IMG/VR virus record: IMGVR_UViG_3300030095_000676
Coordinates: 1-43,548 of that record
Source: a virus
Taxonomy: Duplodnaviria; Caudoviricetes
Length of the DNA stretch: 43,548 bases
Direction: 5' to 3' (one strand)
Position numbers and translations under genes: made by a program
Shown here: piece by piece, positions 42,873 to 43,548 of the stretch
Layout: every line of letters begins with the position of its first letter
Numbering within the stretch: position 1 is the stretch's first letter
Notes under the pieces: model-generated
The model's input: the letters and a program-made list of their open reading frames with translations, nothing else
Databases searched by the model: none
What the model was told of the DNA's origin: nothing

Positions 42873-43548
42873 CTACGCTTCCTCCAATGTCTTTACTTTA
42901 GCTTCTAATGTTTTTATCTGCTCTTGTTGTTCTTGTATGGCTTTAATGCAAAGAGATACCATGTTGCCATATGATAAAGCATCTGGTTCATCATCATCAT
43001 TGTATTGAACAAACTCTGTTAATCCAGCATCATGTACTTCTTCTGCAATTAGTCCACCAAGTATAATATCACCATCATTATTTCCTTTGTAAGTAACAGA
43101 ACGTAATTTAAGTAATTCAGCTAAACCATGAGTTGCATCTTCAATCGTGTTTTTATAACGTCTTGAGGAAGTTGACCGGTAAAAAGCACCATCGGACTGA
43201 ATATACATATTTGCACCAGTGCCAGTAGTAGTTGAATACGCTCCTGCAATATACATTAATCCATTACTATCCTTAATAGTTGCTCGTGTTGTAAAACCAC
43301 CAGTTTGACCAGCATTTACATTTGCAGAAGTTTGAAAGTGTATATCCCCACTGGTGTCCATATTAATAGCACTACCACCACCATTCTCTTTAGCTATCCA
43401 ATTACTTCCATTATAGTATCTATTCTTAACTATGTATAAAGAACCACCATCATACTCACCATAAAATGCTTGGTCACCTGCATCCATTCCTTTAAAATTT
43501 GTGTCATGCGAATAGGTAGCACCAGCTTCAACACCAATACCATTAGCT
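42873..43548 (-). CDS. Tail fibre with C-terminal intramolecular chaperone (peptidase S74-like), 5' end truncated
   Basis: SSRRYKNTI, GLIAEEV, LSYGNMVSLCIKAIQEQ and a terminal coiled coil; frame open to the window edge. Confidence 0.8.
   Translation of the reverse strand, partial: ANGIGVEAGATYSHDTNFKGMDAGDQAFYGEYDGGSLYIVKNRYYNGSNWIAKENGGGSAINMDTSGDIHFQTSANVNAGQTGGFTTRATIKDSNGLMYIAGAYSTTTGTGANMYIQSDGAFYRSTSSRRYKNTIEDATHGLAELLKLRSVTYKGNNDGDIILGGLIAEEVHDAGLTEFVQYNDDDEPDALSYGNMVSLCIKAIQEQQEQIKTLEAKVKTLEEA

Noticed and set aside
970-43008. Many 60-170 aa antisense ORFs in the track (e.g. 970-1212, 2018-2278, 26514-27023, 38937-39209, 42667-43008)
   Set aside because: Shadow ORFs opposite well-supported genes, with the Ser/Phe/Leu-rich composition typical of antisense frames.
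1-43548. Stop-codon reassignment, tRNA genes or a phage RNA polymerase
   Set aside because: Genes tile densely under the standard code using all three stops; no cloverleaf or T7-type RNAP motifs were found by eye.
42873-43548. Diversity-generating retroelement acting on tail fibres
   Set aside because: No reverse transcriptase or template/variable repeat pair visible in the window.

Overview
This window is most of the genome of a low-GC marine podovirus that looks like the HMO-2011 type. The evidence is a family A DNA polymerase with an inserted DnaJ-like CxxCxGxG zinc finger, a tyrosine integrase-primase-helicase-polymerase-SSB-exonuclease-endonuclease I block, a class II ribonucleotide reductase and no phage RNA polymerase. 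The window appears circularly permuted: minus-strand packaging/head genes (1-14.5 kb), a divergent AT-rich non-coding control region (14.5-15.7 kb), plus-strand early/replication genes (15.7-33.0 kb) and minus-strand virion/tail genes (33.0-43.5 kb). No major capsid gene is visible and both edge genes are cut off. Best leads: (1) a SET-domain lysine methyltransferase translationally coupled on both sides to tiny Lys-rich peptides that the ORF track missed, inside a late cluster of very basic proteins; (2) a hydrophobic-x-x-GG motif shared by five otherwise unrelated late proteins, a candidate processing or encapsidation tag; (3) a ~225-nt rod-like structured ncRNA candidate behind an early promoter; (4) nested inverted repeats at the divergence point; (5) a stem-enclosed tandem repeat abutting the scaffold ribosome-binding site. 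All family assignments come from motif recognition by eye; no searches or folding programs were run.
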